From Thermoplasmata archaeon (GTDB lineage Archaea > Thermoplasmatota > Thermoplasmata > Methanomassiliicoccales > Methanomethylophilaceae): DNA of 64,000 bases. A program made the translations under genes and the position numbers. Below, piece after piece: positions 37,444 to 46,332 of the stretch (its first letter is position 1; every line of letters starts with the position of its first letter). The stretch lies in NCBI GenBank assembly GCA_015063195.1, contig SUSX01000001.1:2937-66936 (forward strand). Reading direction: 5' to 3'. The notes beneath the pieces are model-generated. The model did not search any database and was not told where the DNA came from. It was given only the letters and a program-made list of their open reading frames with translations.

Positions 37444-38355
37444 ATGAAGAGAAACATCATTTCCGTCCTTGACATGAAGGACGATATGCCGGAGCTTGTG
37501 GATCTGGCAATCAGACTCAAGAAAGAGCGCGGTAACCACGGAGATCCGTTGAAAGGAAAAACGCTCGCTATGATTTTCGAGAAACCCAGTACACGTACCA
37601 GGATTTCATTTGATGTGGCCATCAGTGAACTCGGAGGGCACGCACTCTACATTGAGGCTACAAAAATGCAGATGGGTCACGGTGAGACCGTAGAGGATAC
37701 AGCACTCGTCATGAGCAGATTCGTTCACGGAATAATGTACCGTGCATTCGATTACAAGATCATGGATCGTCTCGGCGATGCAGCAACCATCCCTGTAATC
37801 AGCGGTCTCGATGACTTGGAGCACCCATGTCAGGCCCTTGCAGACATGGTCACAATCAAGGAGAAGAAAGGCGGATTCCGCGGAAAGAAACTCGTATATC
37901 TCGGAGACGGAAACAACGTATGTAACTCTCTCCTTTACGCATGTGCAATTATGGGAATGGATATGGTAGCATGCTGTCCCGCAACAAGGATGCCTAACGC
38001 TGAGATTATGCTCAACGCATCCAGGATTGCAGATCAGAACGGATGCAGAATCATAGCCTCCCATGAGCCTTTAGAGGCATGTAAGGATGCGGATGTTCTG
38101 TATACAGATACATGGATATCAATGGGTGACGACACTCCTCTGGAGAAAGCCGTCAAGATTTTCCATGACTATCAGATTAATGCAGAGTTGCTCTCCATCG
38201 CAAAACCTGACTGTATCGTCATGCACTGCCTCCCCGCACACCGCGGACAGGAGATCACTTCAGAAGTCATGGACGGACCTCAGAGTGTCGTGTTCGATGA
38301 AGCAGAGAACCGTCTCCATGCACAGAAGGCAGTTCTGTACACGCTGCTTAAATAA
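37444..38355 (+). CDS. argF: Ornithine carbamoyltransferase
   Basis: STRTR, HPCQ, DTWISMG and HCLP motifs. ATG at 37444 is preferred over TTG at 37426. Confidence 0.9.
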   Translation: MKRNIISVLDMKDDMPELVDLAIRLKKERGNHGDPLKGKTLAMIFEKPSTRTRISFDVAISELGGHALYIEATKMQMGHGETVEDTALVMSRFVHGIMYRAFDYKIMDRLGDAATIPVISGLDDLEHPCQALADMVTIKEKKGGFRGKKLVYLGDGNNVCNSLLYACAIMGMDMVACCPATRMPNAEIMLNASRIADQNGCRIIASHEPLEACKDADVLYTDTWISMGDDTPLEKAVKIFHDYQINAELLSIAKPDCIVMHCLPAHRGQEITSEVMDGPQSVVFDEAENRLHAQKAVLYTLLK

Positions 38356-39754
38356 TCTGGGCTGCAACGATATCGTTGACAGCTTCCAAAAACTCCTTTT
38401 CTTTTCCTTTCGGGATTGTGGCGCCGGCTGCTATATTGTGGCCTCCGCCGTATCCTCCGACAATTTCTGAAGCCACTTCCATGACAAATGCTAAATTGAG
38501 ACCACGGTCCACGAGCGATCTGTCAGCTCTGGCAGAAACCTTGACTCCGTCCTCTGCATCTGCGAATGCTATTATCGGAAGATCTCTGCGGAATCCTTCG
38601 GTATTCAGAATCATAGATGCAACTATTCCGACAACCGTCTCTTTAATTTCCGAACCTGCATTGAAATATTGAATGGAATTACAGATCTTGACTAACTGTT
38701 TCTCCTTCACCAGAGATATGGATGTGGAGATATTCTGTCTGTGTTCATTTCTGTTCTTCTTCGCTTTTTCGATGGCGTTCTGGTCTCCCATACAGATGTG
38801 CATGCCTGTTTCCGCATCATCATATCTTCCGCATGAGTTAAGGAGGGTAGCGTACTCTTTCCCGTCTCTGAGTTCGCTGTGTCTTTTGTGTTTGTTGAAA
38901 ACATACGTGTCTCCGAAAGCAGTAGCGAAATCCTCGGGAGCCATCATTTTTCTGATAGCGGAGGTCACTCTTTCTTTCTCATTTGGTGACAGGTCATTCC
39001 AGCATCTGTTCTTTGTACCGTCTTTCAGAGGTATGTCTAAAGAGGAATACAGTTTGGAACACGCTATGCCATTCTCCCCAAGAATCGGGATTTTCGGATC
39101 GCTGCTGTATTGCAGAAATTGTATCAGATTACGGGTTTCTCTGCCGAACAGTCTGAGATCCTTCACAACAGATATGTCTCCGTTATCTACTGCATCCTGG
39201 AGGATGAGTCTGTTCAGCCCCACCAGGCCGTTCGATGTGTCCTGGATATCTCCGCATGCACCTACAACTGCAAGCTGTGCCAAGTCTATGTTGCTGTCAT
39301 CTATGGATTTGGACAGAAGATATGTCATCCCTGCACCGCAGACTTCTGTGGACCCATCCATTCCGTACAGGTGAGGATTGAGATGTTCGATTCTGTTGAA
39401 TGAGAACAGGGACGTCTGACCTTTGTGCCATTTTGAATCGGGAATATGGTGGTCTGTAATCACAATGTTGTCTCTGTCATACCTGGACACATATCCGCTT
39501 CCGAGATCTGTTATCCACACTACGGATTCTTCGGAACAGTTGATCTGTTCTATGATCTCTTCGCTCATTTTCTTGGCAAAGACGACTCTGTATTCCTTTC
39601 CGAGACGTTCGCACGTAGTTGCTGCAATTGCTGCAGATGTTATTCCGTCGGCATCTATGTGAGATACTATGAGCACGTCATTGGAAGCAGAGATGAGTTG
39701 AGCGGCCTTCTTACAGTCCTTCTTCAGTTGATCGAGTATGGTCAAATCCTGCAT
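38348..39754 (-). CDS. RecJ-like DHH/DHHA1 phosphoesterase (archaeal RecJ/Cdc45-like nuclease)
   Basis: SHIDADG, ITDHH and GGGHNIAAGA motifs; 468 aa. Confidence 0.8.
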   Translation of the reverse strand: MQDLTILDQLKKDCKKAAQLISASNDVLIVSHIDADGITSAAIAATTCERLGKEYRVVFAKKMSEEIIEQINCSEESVVWITDLGSGYVSRYDRDNIVITDHHIPDSKWHKGQTSLFSFNRIEHLNPHLYGMDGSTEVCGAGMTYLLSKSIDDSNIDLAQLAVVGACGDIQDTSNGLVGLNRLILQDAVDNGDISVVKDLRLFGRETRNLIQFLQYSSDPKIPILGENGIACSKLYSSLDIPLKDGTKNRCWNDLSPNEKERVTSAIRKMMAPEDFATAFGDTYVFNKHKRHSELRDGKEYATLLNSCGRYDDAETGMHICMGDQNAIEKAKKNRNEHRQNISTSISLVKEKQLVKICNSIQYFNAGSEIKETVVGIVASMILNTEGFRRDLPIIAFADAEDGVKVSARADRSLVDRGLNLAFVMEVASEIVGGYGGGHNIAAGATIPKGKEKEFLEAVNDIVAAQII

Positions 39755-40496
39755 ATTCAGTCACCATGCGGCCGTAAACGAAATCTGCAAGTGTACGCAG
39801 ATTTACTGTATCGGCACGGTTATATTCAGTAAGTTTGTCCAGGGCTTCCCTGTCACCGTTTCTTTCCCATCTCTTCCACAATCTGACGGCTTCAAAACCG
39901 TCAACTTCGGCAAGACTCTCGTCTCTGCAGATGCCGATTTCTTTTTCAATCAGTTTAAGCCCGCCTTTAAGCCCGACCTTCTTACATCCGAATCTGAGGT
40001 CAAAGTGCGGATAGTCAAAATTCACATCAGGGAAGCTGTATTTGAGTACAGGTACATCAAAGCAGCTGCCGTTGAATGTAACAAGCATCGATGTGTCTTC
40101 CAAAGCCTCTTTGAGTGTTTCTGAGGTCAGATCGATGCCTTCAGTGAGAGTTATCGTTTCGTTGTTCTTACATACTGTGACCACAGTAACAGTGGAATCC
40201 CTTTCGAGTCCGTCTGTTTCTATATCCAGGAATGAAACGGAGTCTTTGAATCTGTCATAGAGTCTCCAATGCTCTCCGGATTTAACCATAGTTGAAAGTC
40301 CTGAACAGTCTCCTTCATCCAAAAGTTGGTATGCATAGTTCAGAATCGAATCATAACGTTCCTTGTTCTTCTGAGGCAACGGTGATATATCATCCGAATC
40401 GATGAAATCGTTCCATGTAAGGATTCCGTTGTCCCAAAGTTTCCTCTCTTTTACCGATCCAACGGTCGGGAGGATTTGGAACGTTCTCTCAATCAT
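39711..40496 (-). CDS. RNase-H-fold (DEDD-like) exonuclease, COG3359/YprB-like
   Basis: FLDIETDGL ExoI-like motif and C-terminal YNRADT. Its 3' end overlaps the RecJ-like start by 44 nt. Confidence 0.6.
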   Translation of the reverse strand: MIERTFQILPTVGSVKERKLWDNGILTWNDFIDSDDISPLPQKNKERYDSILNYAYQLLDEGDCSGLSTMVKSGEHWRLYDRFKDSVSFLDIETDGLERDSTVTVVTVCKNNETITLTEGIDLTSETLKEALEDTSMLVTFNGSCFDVPVLKYSFPDVNFDYPHFDLRFGCKKVGLKGGLKLIEKEIGICRDESLAEVDGFEAVRLWKRWERNGDREALDKLTEYNRADTVNLRTLADFVYGRMVTEYAGFDHTRSTEEGL

Positions 40497-40574
40497 GGGT
40501 GCTGCATATGAAAGAAATATTATACATTTGTCGGAAGAGAAACCGATATTAATCTGCCGTATACTTCACCATCA

Positions 40575-41300
40575 ATGGATTCAGTGGAGATCGAGCCCGG
40601 TGTATACGTGACCAACGAACGTTGCCTTCTACTTAAGGATGAGGAAACAGTGGTCATCGGAGATCTGCATTTGGGTTACGAGAAGGCACTGGAAGATGAC
40701 GGGATGTACATCCCCAGAGTAAATACGGATTCTGTCAGAGCATCTATCAACCGTATCCTTTCAAAATACGAGCCGAAGAGGGTTGTTTTATTGGGTGATA
40801 TAAAACATGACTTTAAGCGCGTCAAATACGAAGGAAAAGAGGATGTGAAGCTAATCATTAATCTTATTTCCGAAGCTGCAGAAGTAGTTGTGGTTAAAGG
40901 AAATCATGATAATTACATACAGAACATTGTAGCCGAACTCGGCATAGAAGCTGTCGATTATGTCGATATTGCAGGATACAGGTTGGAACACGGTCATGTC
41001 GACTCCGGTATACGTCCTGTCGTTATAGGCCATGAACATCCGTCTGTAAGGATCCCGGGAGCATTTTCCGGTGGTATGAAAATTCAGTGCTTTGTACATA
41101 TGAGAAAAGAGGGAGTTATTGTAATCCCTCCGTTCAGCTTCCTGTCTTCCGGTAATGATTTATCTGCATCCCATCCGGAGACGTTCATGTCATCCGCATG
41201 CAAATCATGTGATGTGGGGGATGCGGAATTGTTCGGTGTTACGGAGCTGGGCATTCTGCCCCTCGGTAAGCTGGCTGACATTTCTTCAATACGTATTTGA
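40575..41300 (+). CDS. Calcineurin-like metallophosphoesterase (COG1407 type)
   Basis: GDLHLG, LLGDIKH, GNHD and GHEHP motifs. Confidence 0.75.
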   Translation: MDSVEIEPGVYVTNERCLLLKDEETVVIGDLHLGYEKALEDDGMYIPRVNTDSVRASINRILSKYEPKRVVLLGDIKHDFKRVKYEGKEDVKLIINLISEAAEVVVVKGNHDNYIQNIVAELGIEAVDYVDIAGYRLEHGHVDSGIRPVVIGHEHPSVRIPGAFSGGMKIQCFVHMRKEGVIVIPPFSFLSSGNDLSASHPETFMSSACKSCDVGDAELFGVTELGILPLGKLADISSIRI

Positions 41301-41433
41301 TGGTAGAACCGTTAATATTAAATACGGTATTGTGGCCCTATATAGATGATGGATATAGTGTCCATCCATCGTAGTCTTTAAGTCAAACAAACATATCTCA
41401 CCATTAGCATCTCATTGAGATGGAGGAATAAAA

Positions 41434-42072
41434 ATGGGCGCAGAAATCGACGCACTTATTGACATCGTAGTTAAGGGAAAGATCAAGGAAGCAGCAGCAG
41501 CAACAAACGCATGCCTTGACGCAGGAATCGACGCAAAGACAATCATCTTCGATGGTCTTTCAGCAGCAATGGCAATCGTCGGAGACAAGTACGCAGCAAA
41601 GCAGTACTTCCTTCCCCAGGTTCTCCTTTCAGCAAACACACTCTACCAGGGATTGAACATCTGCCTTCCTCTCCTCGGAGGAGACGGATCCGCATCAAAG
41701 GGAACAGCAGTTCTCGCAGTCGTTGAGGGAGACGTTCACGACATCGGAAAGAACATCGTTAAGGCAATGATCACCGGTCTCGGAGTCAACACCATCGACC
41801 TCGGAAAGGACATCCCAATCAAGGACATCATCGCAGCAGCAGAGGAGAACAACGCAGACATCATCGCAACCTCAACACTCATGACACCTACACTCGCAGG
41901 AATGAAGCAGGTTGAGGCAGACCTCAAAGAGAAGGGACTCAAAGGAAAGGTCAAGCACATGATCGGTGGAGGAGCAACTTCAAAAGAGTTCGCAGACCAG
42001 ATCGGTGCAGACGGATGGTCCTACGACGCTGTTGAGGCATCACACGTTGCAGCCGGATTCCTCGGACTCTAA
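41434..42072 (+). CDS. Methyltransferase cognate corrinoid protein (B12-binding cap + Rossmann domains)
   Basis: DxHxxG (GDVHDIGKN), SxL (TSTLMT) and GG (MIGGGA) cobalamin-binding signature. GGAGG RBS. Confidence 0.85.
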   Translation: MGAEIDALIDIVVKGKIKEAAAATNACLDAGIDAKTIIFDGLSAAMAIVGDKYAAKQYFLPQVLLSANTLYQGLNICLPLLGGDGSASKGTAVLAVVEGDVHDIGKNIVKAMITGLGVNTIDLGKDIPIKDIIAAAEENNADIIATSTLMTPTLAGMKQVEADLKEKGLKGKVKHMIGGGATSKEFADQIGADGWSYDAVEASHVAAGFLGL

Positions 42073-42162
42073 GTTTAACAACTTAGTTCCGAAAACCAAC
42101 AAACCCCTTACTTTAATTTAACCATTTACTTCTGACCGGTACATCAACCCTTCGATGTGCCA

Positions 42163-42204
42163 GGCGTCATGTATATTCGCTATACATGATGCCTCTTCTT
42201 ATTC
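42163..42204 (+). terminator. Strong hairpin plus T-rich tract after the corrinoid gene
   Basis: GGCGTCATGTATA-TTCGC-TATACATGATGCC (13 bp including one G-U) followed by TCTTCTTATTC. A second 8-bp hairpin lies at 42138-42161. Confidence 0.5.
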
Positions 42205-42269
42205 ATCCGGTTTTAATCATTTTGGATTTTTGTGGCAATTTTTTAAGTTTTTATACAAAAAATTAGATT

Positions 42270-42302
42270 ACCGTATAACATTTTATGAGAATGTTATACG
42301 GT
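42270..42302. promoter_or_regulatory. Perfect 13-bp inverted repeat between a TATA-like box and the hydantoinase-like gene
   Basis: ACCGTATAACATT-TTATGAG-AATGTTATACGGT. TTTTTATACAAAAAA lies at ~42248-42262 and the ATG at 42335. Confidence 0.5.
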
Positions 42303-42334
42303 ATGGTTATATACAGTAAATTTCATTCATATTT

Positions 42335-44545
42335 ATGGCAAAAATATCTGACTATGACCAATGGGTCCAGGATTGGATCAAGGCCGAGAAAGAAGGCGGA
42401 AGGAAATGTTTTGATGTCAAAAAGTCAGGAAACTCATATTACGTTTACTATCAGACTACAAGATACAATTCATTGACCAAGAAAAGGGAGAAGGTCTCCG
42501 GATACCTTGGAAAATTAGTCGAAGGAATAGGTTTGGTGGAGCCTGACACATACAGTGAGGATGATGAGAAAATCACCGTAGCAAGGTACGGTCTCGGAAT
42601 CGATACAGGCGGAACATTCACTGATGCAGTTATTATCGATTTGGATGATAAATCAGTCATTGCAAAGAGGAAGTCCCCTACAACCCACGGAGATTTATCT
42701 GTAGGATTGTACAAATCCGTGGAAGCTGTCTTCAATTCGTGTGATATTAAGCCAGAGGATATAACACTTGTCGGAATTTCCACAACTTTGGCAACCAACT
42801 CGGTTCTTGAAGGACATGGGGGAGAAGTAGGACTCATCCTTATCGGATGGGAGCCAAAGGATGGTGAAACCTTCGGTGCAAAGAATGTTGTACACATCAG
42901 AGGTGGCTGTGACAGCAGCGGTAAGCCTTTGTGTTCTATGTCCAAGGAGGAGACTACCAAAGCAATAGAGGAAGTATCCAAGGGAGTCGATGCAATTGCA
43001 ATCTCAGGATTGTTTGCAGTTGCAAATTCAACACAGGAGAAGAAGGTAAAGGAGTTAGCAACAAAACTTACCGGACTTCCAACTATTGCGGGTCATGAAC
43101 TGTCTGCAGCACTCGGTATAGATCTCAGGGCGGAAACCGCTGTTCTCAACGGAAAATTGATTCCGATTGTCAGTAAATTCTTTGACGATGTTGAGAAGAC
43201 ATTCAGGGAGAAAGGAATTACAGCTCCGATTATGGTTTACAAGGGTGACGGTTCGGTTATGGACCTGGAAAATGCACGTATGTATCCTATCGAAACCATT
43301 CTGTCAGGTCCTGCTGCAAGTTCCATGGGAGGAAAGATACTTTCCGGATTTGAGGACTGCGTGATGGTGGACATCGGAGGAACATCGACTGATATTGCAG
43401 TAATGGAAGGGGGATTCCCGCAGATCCAGTTCGAAGGAGCATCCGTCGGAAATTGGAGGACAAGAGTCAGAGCTGTTGATATGTACACCGTGGCTCTCGG
43501 AGGAGATTCTAAGATCTCATTGGAGGGACTCAAATTCAAACTTGGACCTGACAGAGTCATTCCGTTGTGCAGGTTTGTGGAAGACCGTCCATACGTTATA
43601 GACAAAATAAAACACTCCGAATTGTATGAGTACTATGAGGTCAAGGACGGTGTGGATGTTTCGATTCTTACAGAGAAAGAGAAGCGCGTTTATGACGGAA
43701 TTGTAGGAAAAGGTGCACTTAACAAAATGGAGATCATAGATCATGTTGAAGGTCTCTGGGTCATCGATGAGGAACTTAAATCAATGGTCAGGAAGGAAGT
43801 ATTGTCCATAGCATCTCTGACACCTACAGATGTTATGGTCTTCCTTGGTAAATTCGAGGCAGGAAACAAAGAGGGTGCGGAAGCAGGAATCTATGCTCTC
43901 GGAGAGAGGATGGGAATGACTAAGCGCCAGGTGGCAACAGTTCTCTTCGATGAGATCAAGGCGCAGGTGGCCGAAGTGGTCATGTCCAAGATGTTGGACG
44001 ATGAAGTCAACAAATGGAGAGGTACCGGTTCTCCGGCAATGCTCAGAAGGATGATTTCACTCAAACGTGATAATCCGATGGATATTATGCCGAAGTTCAA
44101 CATACCTGTAATCGGTATCGGTGCTCCGTCCAAGTATATGATGGAGGATCTAGGTAAAAGGCTGAACGCCGAAGTAGTATTCCCAGAACATAATGATGTC
44201 GGAAATGCTGTAGGTGCGATTCTCAGTAAAATTGCAAGATCTTTATCTGCAACTATCACTCCCACTCCTGATTACAGGTACATGGCAAGTATCCCATTTG
44301 TAGGTGCGACATACTATACTCATCTTGATACAGCTGTAGCTGCGACAAGAAGGTGGCTGGAGAACTACCTCAGTAAGGAGATCAAGGATATGGGTGCCAA
44401 GAACATTGTAACTTCGTCTAAGATTAAGACGTTCATGGCTACAGAAGGCGGAGTAGGAGATTGGGAAGAAGAGTCTATCGCCAGGACAGTGAACTTTGTC
44501 GAGGTCGTTTCCAGGGCTGTCGGAGATCCGCCAGAGGTTGAATAA
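42335..44545 (+). CDS. Hydantoinase/oxoprolinase A (HyuA)-family ASKHA ATPase with a ~83-aa N-terminal extension; no HyuB partner
   Basis: GIDTGGTFTDAV (Hydant_A_N) and DIGGTSTDIA (second ASKHA phosphate motif); 736 aa. No Cys cluster, so it is not RamA-type. Confidence 0.75.
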   Translation: MAKISDYDQWVQDWIKAEKEGGRKCFDVKKSGNSYYVYYQTTRYNSLTKKREKVSGYLGKLVEGIGLVEPDTYSEDDEKITVARYGLGIDTGGTFTDAVIIDLDDKSVIAKRKSPTTHGDLSVGLYKSVEAVFNSCDIKPEDITLVGISTTLATNSVLEGHGGEVGLILIGWEPKDGETFGAKNVVHIRGGCDSSGKPLCSMSKEETTKAIEEVSKGVDAIAISGLFAVANSTQEKKVKELATKLTGLPTIAGHELSAALGIDLRAETAVLNGKLIPIVSKFFDDVEKTFREKGITAPIMVYKGDGSVMDLENARMYPIETILSGPAASSMGGKILSGFEDCVMVDIGGTSTDIAVMEGGFPQIQFEGASVGNWRTRVRAVDMYTVALGGDSKISLEGLKFKLGPDRVIPLCRFVEDRPYVIDKIKHSELYEYYEVKDGVDVSILTEKEKRVYDGIVGKGALNKMEIIDHVEGLWVIDEELKSMVRKEVLSIASLTPTDVMVFLGKFEAGNKEGAEAGIYALGERMGMTKRQVATVLFDEIKAQVAEVVMSKMLDDEVNKWRGTGSPAMLRRMISLKRDNPMDIMPKFNIPVIGIGAPSKYMMEDLGKRLNAEVVFPEHNDVGNAVGAILSKIARSLSATITPTPDYRYMASIPFVGATYYTHLDTAVAATRRWLENYLSKEIKDMGAKNIVTSSKIKTFMATEGGVGDWEEESIARTVNFVEVVSRAVGDPPEVE

Positions 44546-44673
44546 TCGGGTTCCTGCACCCGACAATCAAACCTTTTTTCGACCCTCATTATTTTCTTAC
44601 TTTTTACCTATAAAATGCGCGAACGAGCAACTTATATAGGGTGAAACTTATCCCCTACCAAGGAGAGATACTA

Positions 44674-45702
44674 ATGTCAATGACTCCAAAAGAAAGAGTC
44701 CTCGCCGCAATGAGGAAGGAAGAGCTCGACAGGCCTCCAGTAGCAGTTTTCACACAGTCCGCAACAATCGGACAGATGGACGCAACCGGAGTTGCATGGC
44801 CTGAGGCACACTCAGACGCAAAGATGATGGCAAAACTCGGAGCCGCACAGGCAACAGTCTTCGGATTCGAGGCAGTAAGGTCCTCATTCTGTCTTACAGC
44901 AGAGGCAGAGAGGCTCGGATGCATGGTTGACCCTGGAAAGAAAGACAGGACCCCCATGCTCAAGAAGCACCCCTTCCACTTCGACCCCATGATGGGAGAG
45001 TACGACGAACCCAGCATCATGGACCCCGAAGAGTTCCTTAAGGGAGGACGCCCCGCAACAGTCATCGAGGCAACAAGGCTCATGGCAGAAGAGTACGGAA
45101 ACGAGTACGCAGTCATCGCAGGAAACACCGGACCTTTCACACTCGCAGGTCACCTTGTTTCAACTGAGAACCTCGTCTTCGGAATCATGATGGCACCCGA
45201 GGAAGTCGTCAAGTGGATCGACGCAGTCAACCCCGTCGTCAAGGCATACTCACAGGCACTTGCAGATGCAGGAGCAGACGTCATTCAGATGTCCGAACCT
45301 TCATCCTCAACAGACCTCTTGTCCCCTGACATGTTCACAGAGTACTCTGGAAACTACGTCAAGGAATCACTCGCAAAGGTCGATGGAGCATACTCCGTTC
45401 TTCACATCTGTGGAGACACCGGACCTATCCTCCCCCTCATGGCAGACACCGGAGTTACCGGATGTTCAGTTGAGGAGAAAGTCGATTCAGCAGAGGCAGT
45501 TAAGATCAACAACGGACGCATCGCACTCGTCGGAAACGTCGGAGTCGTTCACCCCTTGCTCCAGGGAACACCTGAGGACTGTGCAGCAGCAGCAAGAAGG
45601 ATTGCTGACGCAGGATTCAACGTCATCTCACCTGGATGCGGTCTTTCAGCACTCATCGCTGACGAGAACCTCAAGGCACTCGTTAAAGCAATCAAGGGAT
45701 AA
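44674..45702 (+). CDS. Uroporphyrinogen-decarboxylase-fold methylcobamide:CoM methyltransferase (MtaA/MtbA/MtsA family)
   Basis: MTPKERVLAA..E..DR.P N-terminus, Zn-ligand region HICGD...PGCG, ~343 aa. AGGAGA RBS before the ATG at 44674. Confidence 0.8.
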   Translation: MSMTPKERVLAAMRKEELDRPPVAVFTQSATIGQMDATGVAWPEAHSDAKMMAKLGAAQATVFGFEAVRSSFCLTAEAERLGCMVDPGKKDRTPMLKKHPFHFDPMMGEYDEPSIMDPEEFLKGGRPATVIEATRLMAEEYGNEYAVIAGNTGPFTLAGHLVSTENLVFGIMMAPEEVVKWIDAVNPVVKAYSQALADAGADVIQMSEPSSSTDLLSPDMFTEYSGNYVKESLAKVDGAYSVLHICGDTGPILPLMADTGVTGCSVEEKVDSAEAVKINNGRIALVGNVGVVHPLLQGTPEDCAAAARRIADAGFNVISPGCGLSALIADENLKALVKAIKG

Positions 45703-45765
45703 GCCTACGGGCTTTTCCCAAACCCTTTATTCTAAATCCCTTACTATGTTCTGTTCAATCTTTGG

Positions 45766-46332
45766 ATGATTTCTATGACCATTGTGACTATGGATTCTCT
45801 CAGTGATATCGAGATGATATCTCAGGATGCTTACAGACTTGGCACAATCCAGGACATTAGGTATGATTCCACACAATGGAATATCGAAGGGTTTAAAGTA
45901 AAATCCAACAAGGGCGCATCAATCCTTTTGGGTGCCGGAAGTTCAAGATCGATGTTAATTATAAAGCCGTATAAGTTTGTCTTGAACGACGTATTGCTTC
46001 TTCCGGATGATGCAGCCGAGGTCAAGAATTATTCAAAAGCGGATACGGATTCTATACCCGCATTGTCCAGTCTTCTAGGCAAGAGAATAATCACATCCGA
46101 CGGAATAACGTTGGGATTCATAGAAAACATATTGATCGATTTGGACAATTGGTTTGTTCACTCATTCAGAGTTAAATTGGATAAGAGTGCTTATGAAGCA
46201 CTCAGTTTAAAGAAAGGACTCTTTTCCAAGACCATATCCGGAATTCTGACAACAAGTGTGTCGGCAGTTTCCGACAATATCATGTTGCGTGTCAGCGCGA
46301 ACACCCTGAAAGATATGATTACATTGGATTAG
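45766..46332 (+). CDS. Tandem PRC-barrel domain protein
   Basis: Two copies of the L.G..I....G..LG.I.D...D...W.I..F.V pattern. Ends in TAG. Confidence 0.5.
   Translation: MISMTIVTMDSLSDIEMISQDAYRLGTIQDIRYDSTQWNIEGFKVKSNKGASILLGAGSSRSMLIIKPYKFVLNDVLLLPDDAAEVKNYSKADTDSIPALSSLLGKRIITSDGITLGFIENILIDLDNWFVHSFRVKLDKSAYEALSLKKGLFSKTISGILTTSVSAVSDNIMLRVSANTLKDMITLD

Noticed and set aside
42335-44545. Calling the 736-aa protein RamA (the corrinoid reductive activase).
   Set aside because: - RamA/RACE proteins carry ferredoxin-type Cys clusters.
- This protein has only scattered single Cys, and it has clear hydantoinase-A N-terminal and ASKHA motifs instead.
41301-46332. A pyrrolysine-containing methylamine methyltransferase (mtmB/mtbB/mttB) with an in-frame TAG near the corrinoid gene.
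   Set aside because: No pair of same-frame ORFs separated by a single TAG exists here, and no MttB/MtmB/MtbB-like translation appears in any frame.
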